64,000 nt of DNA from Planctomycetota bacterium (lineage in GTDB: Bacteria > Planctomycetota > GCA-002687715 > DRQF01). Below, one piece after another: positions 9,146-19,520 of this stretch. The translations under genes and the position numbers were made by a program. The notes beneath the pieces were generated by a model. It saw only the letters and a list, made by a program, of their open reading frames with translations, had not been told where the DNA came from and did not search any database. Position 1 is the first letter of the stretch, and each line of letters opens with the position of its first letter. Location: assembly GCA_027001995.1 (NCBI GenBank), contig JALTLO010000017.1, forward strand, positions 9,905-73,904, given 5' to 3'.

Positions 9146-10092
9146 GGAGTGTCCTCCAACTTGCCTGGGTTCGAACGCACAATCGGCACCAACTTCTTAA
9201 CCAAATCTCCAGTCACGATGTTGATGATCGCTTCTTCAATCACCGTTGCAGAAACCAAACCTCGATAATGTCCTACGACGGCTTTCCGCAAGGCATGGGC
9301 TAAAGTCTTCACCACCAGGGCGTGTCGCTCAAACACGGGGCGCGTGCTTTGGGTTTTCGTTCTTTCATCGTCCCCGCCCCGGGCCAACGCTTGGTTAGCC
9401 GGAAGCCCAAAAGCGAAGGACTCCATCAAATGACGGTCCGACTTGCGAAGCTTACGCCAAACTTCCGCAAATTCGTGGTGGATGTGTTTCCGCAATTCTT
9501 TTTCATTGAGCACAAGAGGCAAAACATATCCATGTTCCAAATTGACGATGGGCAACACATCTGGGGTGCCCGTGTCAGGCATAGGCTCTTGAGCTCGAAT
9601 GAAACAATAGAGCCAGTTATTGAGATCTACACTCCCCCGATAGCCAGCAATGGGTGCTGGCCCCTTGGAGTCATCCCCCAACGTCGTGATGAGCTTCTCT
9701 AACTCAGTTTGGGCCGCCTCAAAAGACTGGCCATGGCGCATGAACAAGGACCGGACGTAACCACCGAAGCGCTGGACGAAAACCCGCCAAGCATCTGGGA
9801 CAGAACGGCGCAGCAAAAGTGCCAAAGCAAAGTCACGATGACTCAGGATACGGGCCACATGGGGATCAAGACTGGCATCCCCACGACCCACAGGATAAGA
9901 CCGCAAAAGGCTTCCAGCGGCTTCTTGAAGGACCCCAACACTGTACTCGTCAAACTTCAGACCTAACTCAACGGCGATACGGCAATGTTCCAATGCCAAT
10001 TCAAGCTCATCGCTGAAACGGGACTGAAGTGTTTTCAGTGCCCGCAGTGTGCCATCCTCCACGGCAAATGCCAACTTGAGATCGTCATGCAC
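9142..10092 (-). CDS. Divergent sigma-70/ECF-like protein
   Basis: DFALALLLRRSVPDAWRVF and IAGYRGSVDLNNWL resemble region 2 of myxobacterial-type sigma factors; ATGA-coupled to the ZAS anti-sigma gene. Confidence 0.55.
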   Translation of the reverse strand: MHDDLKLAFAVEDGTLRALKTLQSRFSDELELALEHCRIAVELGLKFDEYSVGVLQEAAGSLLRSYPVGRGDASLDPHVARILSHRDFALALLLRRSVPDAWRVFVQRFGGYVRSLFMRHGQSFEAAQTELEKLITTLGDDSKGPAPIAGYRGSVDLNNWLYCFIRAQEPMPDTGTPDVLPIVNLEHGYVLPLVLNEKELRKHIHHEFAEVWRKLRKSDRHLMESFAFGLPANQALARGGDDERTKTQSTRPVFERHALVVKTLAHALRKAVVGHYRGLVSATVIEEAIINIVTGDLVKKLVPIVRSNPGKLEDTP

Positions 10093-10471
10093 AGAAACAG
10101 CCCCTGCGTGTCATAAGTCTTGCCATCATCGAAGCAAACTCCAAATCAACAACCTACCTGTTTGCCGTAAAACGATCAGACTCAAGCCTATATCAACAGC
10201 ACAAAAAAATGCTCCTCACGTTGGTCTCAATCTCATGATACCGAAGAGAATTTCATATCAAATTCATGTGCGATTGGACCCGCGGACCGCAAGAAGAATA
10301 CCATGTCCATGAGGTGGCTGGCGAGACCGCCCTTCGTCTTGACGTGTTTTTTGCCATGAAGGGAAATGAAATCTGACCAAAGAAAACCCGGTCAGGAGTA
10401 AAGATATCCCTTGGCAACACCCGATGACTGAGGTGGACCCCTGTCATCCGCTGAAGCAAAAGGAGCCCCGA

Positions 10472-11284
10472 ATGAGAGTTGAACTCGTTGTCTTGGTCAA
10501 GAATACGCCAGAAAACGTAGAACAACTCCAATACTTGGAAAGCCCGGCGGATTGGACTCCCAGATTGGAAACCGACTATCTGGAAACACGGCTTTTGGCC
10601 CATACGGAGGAAGCTCAAGATCTCTTGGAAGAACTCCAAGCTATAGGGCTGGTCTTCTATATGCGAGAAGAGCGTCACTTTGAATTGGCCGAGATTCGTC
10701 GAGCAGAAGTTCTGAAAACCTGCCCTGAAACCCAAATTCTCGGCAATCACCTACCTCACGAAGTTCAATTCGACTGGTCAGAAGCCTGCGTACAATGCAT
10801 GAGATCCCCGGAACAAGTTGGGCCCCTGGTGATTGAGCATCGTCGGTTGACCAACAAGGAGGCCGTTCTTGGTCCGCGGCACGAGCTTATCGTCAGCGAA
10901 AAAGTTGCGACCCGGATGATCAAAGATGGAATCTCAGGCTGCATTCTGAGGCCGGTCGAGGACAGTCCTGGGGGGCAACCAGATTCGGGCTCATTCTTTC
11001 AAGTCATTGTCACCCACCATGTAGCCCCAGCTTTCTGCCCCCCCACCCGTTTCGTCTCCACCGACGATCACTGCGATGCTTGCGGCCAAGGTGGACTTTT
11101 CCTGGACTCCTCCCTTTATTACGATTTTGGGGTAGAAGAATTCCAAGACATCAACCACACCTTTGAGGTTTTCGGGCAAGGTGCAGGAATCAGCCCCGAG
11201 ATCCTTCTATCCTCCCGATTCTACAATCTGCTCTTATCCTGCGGAGCTCAGCTGGCAGAGCCGGAACCGGTCCTATTCGTCTGA
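10472..11284 (+). CDS. Double-CxxC protein resembling Imm11/DUF1629 or double-CXXCG immunity proteins
   Basis: AAGGAG RBS; two internal repeats each with CxxC, then (L/I)(I/L)(V/L)Sx(K/R), ending PV. Confidence 0.55.
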   Translation: MRVELVVLVKNTPENVEQLQYLESPADWTPRLETDYLETRLLAHTEEAQDLLEELQAIGLVFYMREERHFELAEIRRAEVLKTCPETQILGNHLPHEVQFDWSEACVQCMRSPEQVGPLVIEHRRLTNKEAVLGPRHELIVSEKVATRMIKDGISGCILRPVEDSPGGQPDSGSFFQVIVTHHVAPAFCPPTRFVSTDDHCDACGQGGLFLDSSLYYDFGVEEFQDINHTFEVFGQGAGISPEILLSSRFYNLLLSCGAQLAEPEPVLFV

Positions 11285-11505
11285 GGCAAGGGGCTGGGGC
11301 CTCATCAGGAATGGCTCAGCCCCACTAAATCACCCATCTGCCAGAGTCCATCCATTTCCCAAGACATGGGCCAAATCCCTCCCAGATATCCACCGTAAGA
11401 AGCCCCAAGCACGCCCCCAACTCAAAGGACTCCCTCAGGACCCCAGGGAAGAGACGGATATTCGACGAGAATATGCCCAGACTTCCTATATGGGGCTCTG
11501 ACTGC

Positions 11506-11534
11506 TTGAATCCCCTGGTCTGACAACGTATCTT
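11506..11534 (+). promoter_or_regulatory. Putative sigma70 promoter of the tig-clpP-clpX operon
   Basis: TTGAAT-N17-TATCTT about 60 nt upstream of tig. Confidence 0.5.
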
Positions 11535-11595
11535 TTCTCATCACGAATCGATTCGACCTCGCGCAAGGCGAGGTTTTGTCATCCAGGAGCATAGA

Positions 11596-12927
11596 ATGTC
11601 ATCGCGCATCGAAGAACTCGGTCCCTGCAAGCGCCGTTTGAGCATCACCGTGTCAGCGGAAGATGTCGGAACAGCCATCAACAAGTCCTATGGTGAATTG
11701 CGCAAGAACGTAACCATTCCCGGATTCCGCAAAGGCAAGACACCCCGTCGCGTTCTGGAAAAGCGCTTTGGTGACCACATCTTGGAAGACGTCAAAAAAG
11801 ACCTGGTTATCGACGGCATTCAAGATGCCCTGCGCGAGCACGAATTAGAAGTGGTGAGCGACCCGAGCTTCGAATTCGCTGACATTCAAATGGCTCCAGA
11901 GGCTGACATGGAATTTGACGTCGAAGTCGAAATTCGCCCTGACTTCGAGCTTCCAGAAATCAAAGACATTGAAGTGGTCAGAGTGGCAAAAAGCGCGACA
12001 ACAGAAGACGTCGATCGGGTTCTGGAGAATCTACGCAACGAGCGTGCATCTTGGGTTCCCGTCGAAGACGAAGGTGCGAAAGAAAAAGACCTCGTCATTG
12101 GCAAACTTGAATTGACGGAAGACGACGAAATCATTTTTGAGAGAAACCAGTCTCATCTGGTGGTCGGCGACGATTCCAAATTGGCAGAAATCCCCCTTCC
12201 GGATATGGAAAAACTCTTCCTCGATGCCAAACTAGATCAAGTGATCGCCTGCGATGTGGAAGTACCGGCTGAGCACCCAGTCAAGAACATTCAAGGCAAG
12301 ACGCTCAAGTGCACCTTCAAAGTCGAAGAAATCAAGCGCATGGAGTTGCCAGAGATCAACAACGAATTTGCTGAGAATTTTGGGCTCGAATCCCTTTCTG
12401 AACTTCGGGAAAAAATTACCAGCGATGTTTCTAAGCACATGAGCCAAGAGGCCGATCAAAAAGTTGAGGAAGATGTCCTTGATGCAATCCTAGAGCGCGT
12501 CCCCATGGCCTTGCCAGAGAGCACGGTCAATGGCGCCGTTGAACGCCAGGCCCAAGAAGTTCTGATGCAGAGGCTCATGGCAGGAGAGCTCCAAGCCGAA
12601 AACATCACCCAGGCCCAGGCCGAGCTCAAGAAAGAGCTCTTGCCCCAAGCCGAGCGTTCTATCCGCGCTTGGTATATCATCCAAAAATTCGCCAAGCGTG
12701 AGAAGATCTTCTCAACAGAGAACGATTACAACGACCGAATTGAATCGATGGCCATGGCCAAGGGCGTCACGCCCACTGCAATTCGGGAAGAAATTTCCAA
12801 ACATAACGCTTCAGATCAGGTCAGAACGGATATTCTTGAGACCAAGGTCAGGAAGTGGCTAACCGAACAGGTCAAGATTGTCGATGAATCCAATGGGGAT
12901 TCGGCCTCTTCGGAAACAGCCGAATAG
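11596..12927 (+). CDS. tig: Trigger factor
   Basis: Signature IPGFRKGKTP; lies upstream of clpP-clpX. Confidence 0.96.
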   Translation: MSSRIEELGPCKRRLSITVSAEDVGTAINKSYGELRKNVTIPGFRKGKTPRRVLEKRFGDHILEDVKKDLVIDGIQDALREHELEVVSDPSFEFADIQMAPEADMEFDVEVEIRPDFELPEIKDIEVVRVAKSATTEDVDRVLENLRNERASWVPVEDEGAKEKDLVIGKLELTEDDEIIFERNQSHLVVGDDSKLAEIPLPDMEKLFLDAKLDQVIACDVEVPAEHPVKNIQGKTLKCTFKVEEIKRMELPEINNEFAENFGLESLSELREKITSDVSKHMSQEADQKVEEDVLDAILERVPMALPESTVNGAVERQAQEVLMQRLMAGELQAENITQAQAELKKELLPQAERSIRAWYIIQKFAKREKIFSTENDYNDRIESMAMAKGVTPTAIREEISKHNASDQVRTDILETKVRKWLTEQVKIVDESNGDSASSETAE

Positions 12928-13082
12928 CTCCTGAGAAGAGGACGAGATCAAGCATCACTTTGCAGACACAACATATAGCCTGAAAGTCTTGCTGATCGAA
13001 ACAACAAGAAGATCGTATTTCCAGTCCCATGGAAGCCCGCAATAGGTCTTGCATGACACTGTTTGCTGAAGAAGGAGATTTC

Positions 13083-13682
13083 ATGTCATATCACATTCCA
13101 TACGTCATCGAGAAAAAGGGTGGGCAAGAGCGTGCCTACGACATCTACTCACGACTTCTCGAAGATCGCATCATTTTCATTGGCAGTGACATCTCAGACT
13201 TTGTCGCCAATGCCGTGACAGCCCAGTTGCTCTTCTTGCAGAAGGAAAACCGAGCTCAAGACATCAATATCTTCATCAACTCCCCGGGGGGCTCAGTGAC
13301 CGCCGGTTTGGCAATCCTGGACACCATGCAATACGTCCAATGTGACATTGCCACCCATTGTTTGGGGCAGGCGGCATCCATGGGTGCCGTCCTCCTCGCA
13401 GCAGGCACCAAAGGCAAACGCTATTCCCTACCCAATTCACGGATCATGATTCACCAGCCCTGGGGTGGAGCTCAAGGCACTGCCATTGACATCGGTATTC
13501 AAGCCCAAGAAATTGGCCGCATGAAGACCACCCTCAACCAGATATTAGCGGATGCTTCAGGCAAGGATCTGAGTGTGGTAGAAAAGGATACAGATCGCGA
13601 CTACTTCATGTCTGCTGCGGAGGCAGTTGAATATGGTATCATCGATCAAATCATTAAGTCACAAAAAGACGAACTTAAGTAA
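13083..13682 (+). CDS. clpP: ATP-dependent Clp protease proteolytic subunit
   Basis: [39 protein letters not shown] before ATG 13083. Confidence 0.97.
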   Translation: MSYHIPYVIEKKGGQERAYDIYSRLLEDRIIFIGSDISDFVANAVTAQLLFLQKENRAQDINIFINSPGGSVTAGLAILDTMQYVQCDIATHCLGQAASMGAVLLAAGTKGKRYSLPNSRIMIHQPWGGAQGTAIDIGIQAQEIGRMKTTLNQILADASGKDLSVVEKDTDRDYFMSAAEAVEYGIIDQIIKSQKDELK

Positions 13683-13703
13683 CAATCGGGAAACGCAGAA
13701 GTC

Positions 13704-15050
13704 ATGCCGAGTCGACGCAAGAATGACACCGAAGTTTGCAGTTTCTGCGGCAAGAGTCGGCATCAGGTCAATAGCCTGATTTCCGGCCCCCCCGGAATCA
13801 ACATTTGCAATGAATGCATCGACATCTGCAATACGATTCTCTACGAGGAAAACCGGAAACAAGGGCTGACTGATCCTGCATCTCCAGCCCTTGTCAGCCA
13901 CGACGTCCCCAAACCCTCTGCCATCAAAGCCCATCTCGACGAATATGTCATTGGTCAAGATCACGCCAAACGTGTGCTGAGTGTGTCTGTTCACAACCAC
14001 TACAAAAGGCTCAACGCCTTAGACGACAGCGACAATGGCGTGGAGATCGACAAGAGCAACGTACTTTTGATCGGTCCCACTGGCTGCGGCAAGACGCTCT
14101 TGGCAAAAACCCTCGCCACCTTCTTGGATGTTCCTTTTGCCATTGCTGATGCCACAACTCTGACCGAAGCGGGTTACGTAGGTGAAGACGTCGAAAACGT
14201 CTTGCTCAAATTGCTGCAGAACGCTGACTTCAATCTGGAACGGGCCCAAAGGGGCATCATTTTCATTGATGAGCTCGATAAAATCGGGCGCAGCACAGGC
14301 AACGTCTCCATCACAAGAGATGTCTCCGGCGAAGGGGTTCAACAAGCTCTCCTGAAGATGCTCGAAGGGACAACCGCGAACATTCCTCCTCAAGGTGGCC
14401 GCAAACATCCAGAGCAGCAATACATCGCCATGGATACCACCCAGATACTCTTCATTTGCGGTGGCACCTTCGTTGGCCTTCCCGATATCATTGCCAAACG
14501 TCTCGGCGAAACCCTCATCGGTTTTGCTAGTCACGACCAAAAAAGCAGCACCGCTCTCACCGACAAGTATGATGAGAAAGAAAAGCTCAAGCTTCTTCAC
14601 CAAGTGGACACAGATGACTTAGTCCAATTTGGCGTCATTCCAGAAATGCTTGGGCGTCTGCCGATTACCGCCGTCCTGAACCCTCTTTCTGTGGAAGATC
14701 TCATCCAAGTGATGACCGAGCCCCGCAATGCCATCATCAAGCAATACGAGCATTGTTTTGACTTGGAGAAGGCAACCCTCAGCTTCACACCGGAAGCTCT
14801 TCGCGAGTTGGCAGAGAAGGCCATTGCGAAAGAGACCGGCGTGCGTGCCATTCGTTCGATCTTAGAAGACATCTTGCTGAATACCATGTTCGAACTTCCT
14901 GACATGAAAGCGGATGCTGGCCGTAACTTCATTGTAAGCCCTGAGAATGTGCGAGGCGAACAACCAGTTGTGGGCACGCAGAGCCGACGGTCCCCAAGAA
15001 AGAAAAAGCCCAGCACCAAGAAGACTTCGAAACGCAAGAACTCCGCTTAG
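13704..15050 (+). CDS. clpX: Clp protease ATP-binding subunit ClpX
   Basis: C4 zinc finger CSFCGK...[30 protein letters not shown] loop. Confidence 0.97.
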   Translation: MPSRRKNDTEVCSFCGKSRHQVNSLISGPPGINICNECIDICNTILYEENRKQGLTDPASPALVSHDVPKPSAIKAHLDEYVIGQDHAKRVLSVSVHNHYKRLNALDDSDNGVEIDKSNVLLIGPTGCGKTLLAKTLATFLDVPFAIADATTLTEAGYVGEDVENVLLKLLQNADFNLERAQRGIIFIDELDKIGRSTGNVSITRDVSGEGVQQALLKMLEGTTANIPPQGGRKHPEQQYIAMDTTQILFICGGTFVGLPDIIAKRLGETLIGFASHDQKSSTALTDKYDEKEKLKLLHQVDTDDLVQFGVIPEMLGRLPITAVLNPLSVEDLIQVMTEPRNAIIKQYEHCFDLEKATLSFTPEALRELAEKAIAKETGVRAIRSILEDILLNTMFELPDMKADAGRNFIVSPENVRGEQPVVGTQSRRSPRKKKPSTKKTSKRKNSA

Positions 15051-15116
15051 CCAACTCCATATTGGGGCTCATCCACATACAGATCATCCACCGACTCACT
15101 GGGATTCAAAGCCACC

Positions 15117-16172
15117 ATGCCCAATCGCCCCACCAAGACGCAGCGACTGTCGGACCTTTCCAAACTCGAAATCGAAGAAGCCACCCAGGCAAGCGGACAA
15201 CCCGCATATCGCTCCGGCCAAGTTTGGCAATGGATGTCACAGAAAGGCATCTTTGATGTGAGTGAAATGCGGAACGTACCCAAGGCTCTTCGGGAGTTTC
15301 TGGGGGACCGATACGCCCTCCCTCCATTGAAAATAGCTCACCAGTCCATCGCTAAAGATGGCACCCAGAAAGTCCTCTTCAAACTTGGGGATGGCAAGCT
15401 CATTGAATCTGTTTTGATCCCTGCAGAGAAAAGAACCACCATATGTTTGTCTTCTCAGGTGGGCTGTGCGGTGGGTTGCCATTTTTGCGCCAGCGGCATT
15501 GATGGCGGCAAAAGAAACCTCAGCAGCGGGGAGATGTTTGAAGTCTTCATGTACATGAGGAATCAAGCCAAGGCGAACGACCGCTCCATCACAAATTTGG
15601 TCATCATGGGCATGGGCGAACCCATGTTCAATTTAGAACAAGTCATTGTCGCTCTTGACCGCATCAACAGTGAAGATGGTCCCAATCTGGGAGCAAGGCG
15701 GATCACCATTTCAACTGTCGGCATCGCCCATGGCGTGAAACGATTTACCGCCTCAAAGCGTGCTTATAACCTGGCCTTCTCCCTCCATGCCCCCAACGAT
15801 CAATTGAGAAGAAAAATTGTGCCCTTGGAGTCGGCCATGACGGTGGAAGAGATACGTCAAGCCGCACTGGATCACCTGAAGGAAACGGGCCGCGAAGTCA
15901 CCTTCGAGTACGTTATGCTCAAAGGAGTCAACGACAGTCCACGAGAGGCTCGAGAACTTCGTAAATTGATGAAACACACCCAAGCGAGTGTCAACCTTAT
16001 CCCCTACAACCCCGTCCCAGAGCTGAACTACCAACGCCCCACAGACGAGGCCATCGACACATTCACTGAAATATTAGAAGAAAGTGGAGTGAAAGTCAGC
16101 GTGAGGCGTCGCAAAGGTGCAGATATCGACGCCGCATGTGGACAGTTAGCACTCAAGAAAAACCGGGAATAG
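15117..16172 (+). CDS. rlmN: 23S rRNA m2A2503 methyltransferase RlmN (radical SAM)
   Basis: SSQVGCAVGCHFC, MGMGEP, C-terminal DIDAACGQL. Confidence 0.95.
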   Translation: MPNRPTKTQRLSDLSKLEIEEATQASGQPAYRSGQVWQWMSQKGIFDVSEMRNVPKALREFLGDRYALPPLKIAHQSIAKDGTQKVLFKLGDGKLIESVLIPAEKRTTICLSSQVGCAVGCHFCASGIDGGKRNLSSGEMFEVFMYMRNQAKANDRSITNLVIMGMGEPMFNLEQVIVALDRINSEDGPNLGARRITISTVGIAHGVKRFTASKRAYNLAFSLHAPNDQLRRKIVPLESAMTVEEIRQAALDHLKETGREVTFEYVMLKGVNDSPREARELRKLMKHTQASVNLIPYNPVPELNYQRPTDEAIDTFTEILEESGVKVSVRRRKGADIDAACGQLALKKNRE

Positions 16173-16263
16173 ACCTTTGAGACGACCCGGAAAAGTTCAT
16201 GGTCAAAAAGAGCAGGGTTAGAACGAGTACCCTGTGAGAAACAGGGCACTCGCAATTGCCAAC

Positions 16264-17592
16264 TCAGAGTTTCTTGACATCAGGGAGACGATGAAGTTTC
16301 TGAGGGCGCGTGTCTTCTTTCTTGCTCTTGGGGAGACCAGGCATAGAACCGGTCAAGGTCAACAACTTGCCCTCCCGCCAAACGGAGAAAACCAATTTGT
16401 CATTGGGCTTGCTCAAGAGAAAACTCGTCTTGAGATCAAGGGGCTTGGAGATTTCGTCACCGTTCAATGACAAGAGAACGTCACCGACCTTCAAACCGAC
16501 CTGAGCAGCCAAGGAATTCGGAACAACGCTGTTGACGTAGATCCCCTTGTCGCCGACCCCGGACTTTTCCAGATCAACGCTCAGACGAATTGGTGGCAAG
16601 GAGACTTCAACTCCCAAGACTTTCTTTTTGGATTCGGGAGACAGGCGTTTCAGGCCCAGCCTTGGTCCAAAGAAAGGATCTCTATCAAAGACCCCTGGTC
16701 CACGTCGAGTTCTTTCGAAGAAGGCGCGCAACCTCTGATCCAAGTCTCCATCCAACTCTTCCAAATTGAAGGCACCAAACCGTCTTTCGGACAGATCGCG
16801 ATCAAGGAACTTGAATAGTCGTTCGAAATGATCATTCATTTCTTGGTTCATTCCCTGAGGAAAACCACCTCTAAGACGTGGGGCCCCGGGGTTAAGAACT
16901 TGGAACTCAACCCGTGCATTCTCAAAGATCCCCGTATTCTTGTATCTCTCATACTCTTGTGGAAAAGCCTTCTTAAACTCTTCCATTGTTTTGGCCTCGA
17001 AGACTCGCGACTCCTCGGTCTGATCCCGTGTTGTCACCGTCAGTTTCACACCATCGTCACTGTGTTCAAACTTAAGGGATTCATCCCCCATCTGCATAGA
17101 TGTCATGGACCTGAAGCGACTCTGCCCCATGAGGTCTCTATCCCATGCGGGGAAATCAAAACGAAATCTCTGAGAACCGTTCTTGCCGTTCAAGAGATCT
17201 TCAAAAAGATGGCTATCTCTTTTCTTAAGGACTCCTTTGCGCAGCTTTCGGGGATTCGATTTCTCGTCACCTCCCTCGATCTTCCGCAGGGGTTTGGGAT
17301 CTTCCTGGTCGCCCTCCAAGAGGGCCCGAACCCGAGTTCGAACTTCAAGGTCTTTGTGATCGCGAAAGCTCTGAAGGAAAGGAAAAGCTTTTGCCCCCAA
17401 GGATATCAAGCGTTTGTTGGCACGCTCCCGGGTTTGAAAGTCGGATTTGCCCAAATCGGCCACCAGGCTTTTCACTTCCGATTCCAAGGTGACCTTGGTT
17501 TGGCTCTGAGGATCTGACTGTTTGATTTGAGCCATAGCTTCATGGGCCATGACAGCAATCATCAAAATTAGAATTAAGTTTGTGCGTGTCAT
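16264..17592 (-). CDS. Exported protein with N-terminal HEAT-like repeat and C-terminal PDZ domain
   Basis: Signal peptide; LVADLGKSDFQTRERANKRL; PDZ motif VNSVVPNSLAAQVGLKVGDVLLSLNG. Confidence 0.8.
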   Translation of the reverse strand: MTRTNLILILMIAVMAHEAMAQIKQSDPQSQTKVTLESEVKSLVADLGKSDFQTRERANKRLISLGAKAFPFLQSFRDHKDLEVRTRVRALLEGDQEDPKPLRKIEGGDEKSNPRKLRKGVLKKRDSHLFEDLLNGKNGSQRFRFDFPAWDRDLMGQSRFRSMTSMQMGDESLKFEHSDDGVKLTVTTRDQTEESRVFEAKTMEEFKKAFPQEYERYKNTGIFENARVEFQVLNPGAPRLRGGFPQGMNQEMNDHFERLFKFLDRDLSERRFGAFNLEELDGDLDQRLRAFFERTRRGPGVFDRDPFFGPRLGLKRLSPESKKKVLGVEVSLPPIRLSVDLEKSGVGDKGIYVNSVVPNSLAAQVGLKVGDVLLSLNGDEISKPLDLKTSFLLSKPNDKLVFSVWREGKLLTLTGSMPGLPKSKKEDTRPQKLHRLPDVKKL

Positions 17593-17762
17593 TTGCAAAC
17601 TCCTTTACTGCTACTATGACGGCCAAGCGTCAGAATTGCTCCAAAGAAATCTGTGATAATTCGCAAGACGAGGGGCGCTGCGACGTTGACAGCCTGAGAA
17701 CGACAGGGCAGAAATGAGGCCGGAAACGTCCTCTGGTGGCCCCAAGATCGTTGACAATGTGC

Positions 17763-18020
17763 TTAGTCTTCCAGACCACCAAGCTTGGGTCCGAGCTCAG
17801 ACCAAAGATCGATAGAAACGTCCTGCGCCAAAGCGGCACTTTGATCCCGTCCCCAACTTCGAAGAAGCCTAGCGACGCAATCATCACTCATGAGGGAGGA
17901 CTTTGAAGACAATGAATTCAGATTGACTGTTTGCGAGTAGATCGGGTCGAAGCCTGGCGATTGTTGCAGATCGTTTGGATGACCGTCGGTCCCGTCACTC
18001 GTCCAATAGAATCTCGTCAT
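17763..18020 (-). CDS. Possible small hypothetical protein (85 aa)
   Basis: ATG with a weak RBS; fills an otherwise empty gap between accA and the PDZ gene on the same strand; no recognised motif. Confidence 0.3.
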   Translation of the reverse strand: MTRFYWTSDGTDGHPNDLQQSPGFDPIYSQTVNLNSLSSKSSLMSDDCVARLLRSWGRDQSAALAQDVSIDLWSELGPKLGGLED

Positions 18021-18239
18021 AGAGCCTGCTTTCTAAATTGATTAGGAACAACCAAGATACGGCCCACAGCTCTCCCCCATGGGGAAAACTCAAAAAAATT
18101 TGGAATCTGGGAATGAAATCGACTGACCTGTTTTCCGACGACCACGACATGCCAATGAGGAGCGGTGGAAGGTATTGCTCTTAAGTATCTTATGACGAGT
18201 GTAAAGCTGACTTTCCACATCTTTCAAGAACTTTGAGGG

Positions 18240-19292
18240 TTACTTCTTTTCCTCTTTCTTTTCCCCAGGGAGATCAGATTCTTCATTCTCTTCTTCAACA
18301 GCTACCGGTGCCACGGGTGGATTGTCACCGAAAAGGGCCCCGATTTTGCGAAATCGATCGTAACGTTGATCTAACAAGTCATCCTCAGACAATTGAAGCA
18401 GATGAATCAACTCACTTTTGATCTTGTTTTTCAGGGTGGCTGCCATGGCTTCGGGATGGCGATGGGATCCTCCCAATGGCTCAGGCAGGACCTCATCAAC
18501 GACGTCAAGACTGAACAAATCACTGCTTGTGAGCCTCAATGCCTTGGCGGCTCTCTCGGCCTCACCAGCACTATTCCACAGAATGGCTGCACATCCTTCT
18601 GGAGAGATAACTGAGTAGTAGGAATGTTCGAGCATGAAAACACGGTCGCCGACACCAATGCCCAAAGCTCCTCCAGAACCACCTTCACCAATAACTGTAC
18701 AGATAATCGGTACCGGTAGATTAGCCATCAGCATGAGGTTTTCAGCAATCGCCCAGGCTTGACCTCGTTCCTCGGCTCCAATGCCCGGATAGGCTCCTGG
18801 CGTGTTGATGAAGGTCACAATGGGCAGATTGAATTTGGCTGCCAACTTGAAGAAGCGGTGGGCTTTCCGGTACCCCTCTGGATGGGCGCAACCAAAATTG
18901 CAGGCGATCTTTTCTTTCGTGTCCCGGCCCTTCCGATGGCCAGCAACCAAGACCGGAATTCCGTCCAACTTCGCCAAGCCACAAACCATGGCTTGGTCAT
19001 CACCGAAAACACGGTCTCCATGGAGTTCAACGAAGTCATCAAACACCAGGTCTATGTAGTCCGTGGTATTAGGACGAAACTGGTGACGGGCAAGCTGCAC
19101 TTTGTCCCATGCATTCAAGTCATCAAAGATGGCTTGAGTGAGTTGCTCTAGCTTGTTTTTGAGGGGCATCATTTGCCCATTCAAATCCATGCCGGTTGAG
19201 CGGGAGAGTTCTTCCAGCTCCTGAATCTTTGCCTCCATCTCGAAAATCGGCTTTTCGAATTCAAGGGGCTGTAGTTTTCGTGCCTCGGCCAT
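18240..19292 (-). CDS. accA: Acetyl-CoA carboxylase carboxyltransferase alpha subunit
   Basis: LEFEKPI, ELHGDR, PEGYRKA, GEGGSGGALG, YSVISPEGCAAILW. Confidence 0.97.
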   Translation of the reverse strand: MAEARKLQPLEFEKPIFEMEAKIQELEELSRSTGMDLNGQMMPLKNKLEQLTQAIFDDLNAWDKVQLARHQFRPNTTDYIDLVFDDFVELHGDRVFGDDQAMVCGLAKLDGIPVLVAGHRKGRDTKEKIACNFGCAHPEGYRKAHRFFKLAAKFNLPIVTFINTPGAYPGIGAEERGQAWAIAENLMLMANLPVPIICTVIGEGGSGGALGIGVGDRVFMLEHSYYSVISPEGCAAILWNSAGEAERAAKALRLTSSDLFSLDVVDEVLPEPLGGSHRHPEAMAATLKNKIKSELIHLLQLSEDDLLDQRYDRFRKIGALFGDNPPVAPVAVEEENEESDLPGEKKEEKK

Positions 19293-19407
19293 ATCGCTTC
19301 TCTACAGTTTCAGGACGCTCAAACTTGATATCCACATCGAACCGCGCTCCACCAGCAAGATCGGCTGGCAAATTGTAAGGCGCCGATTCCCAATTACAAC
19401 CGGGACA

Positions 19408-19436
19408 TTGACGCTCATGACCCCCATTGATACCAT
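19408..19436 (+). promoter_or_regulatory. Putative sigma70 promoter of purL-purQ
   Basis: TTGACG-N17-TACCAT. Confidence 0.55.
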
Positions 19437-19520
19437 CTTGCGGACGGGATAAACAGCTCTAAAATACGGTGCTCCTGTGACTTAGAAACAGAACAGGAGC
19501 CAAAACGAAGGTCTCAAAGC

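Noticed and set aside
11282..11332. UGA followed by a GC-rich hairpin, a possible SECIS given selB
   Set aside because: The protein ends naturally at the end of its second repeat, read-through gives only a short unremarkable peptide, and the UGA is not in a redox-motif context. More likely a terminator-like or stabilising hairpin.
11285..11595. tRNA upstream of tig, a common arrangement
   Set aside because: No cloverleaf, T-loop or CCA found; only short hairpins.
16146..16172. TTAGCACTC, the left arm of a CIRCE element, near the clp genes
   Set aside because: The right arm GAGTGCTAA is absent and the site lies within the rlmN coding end.
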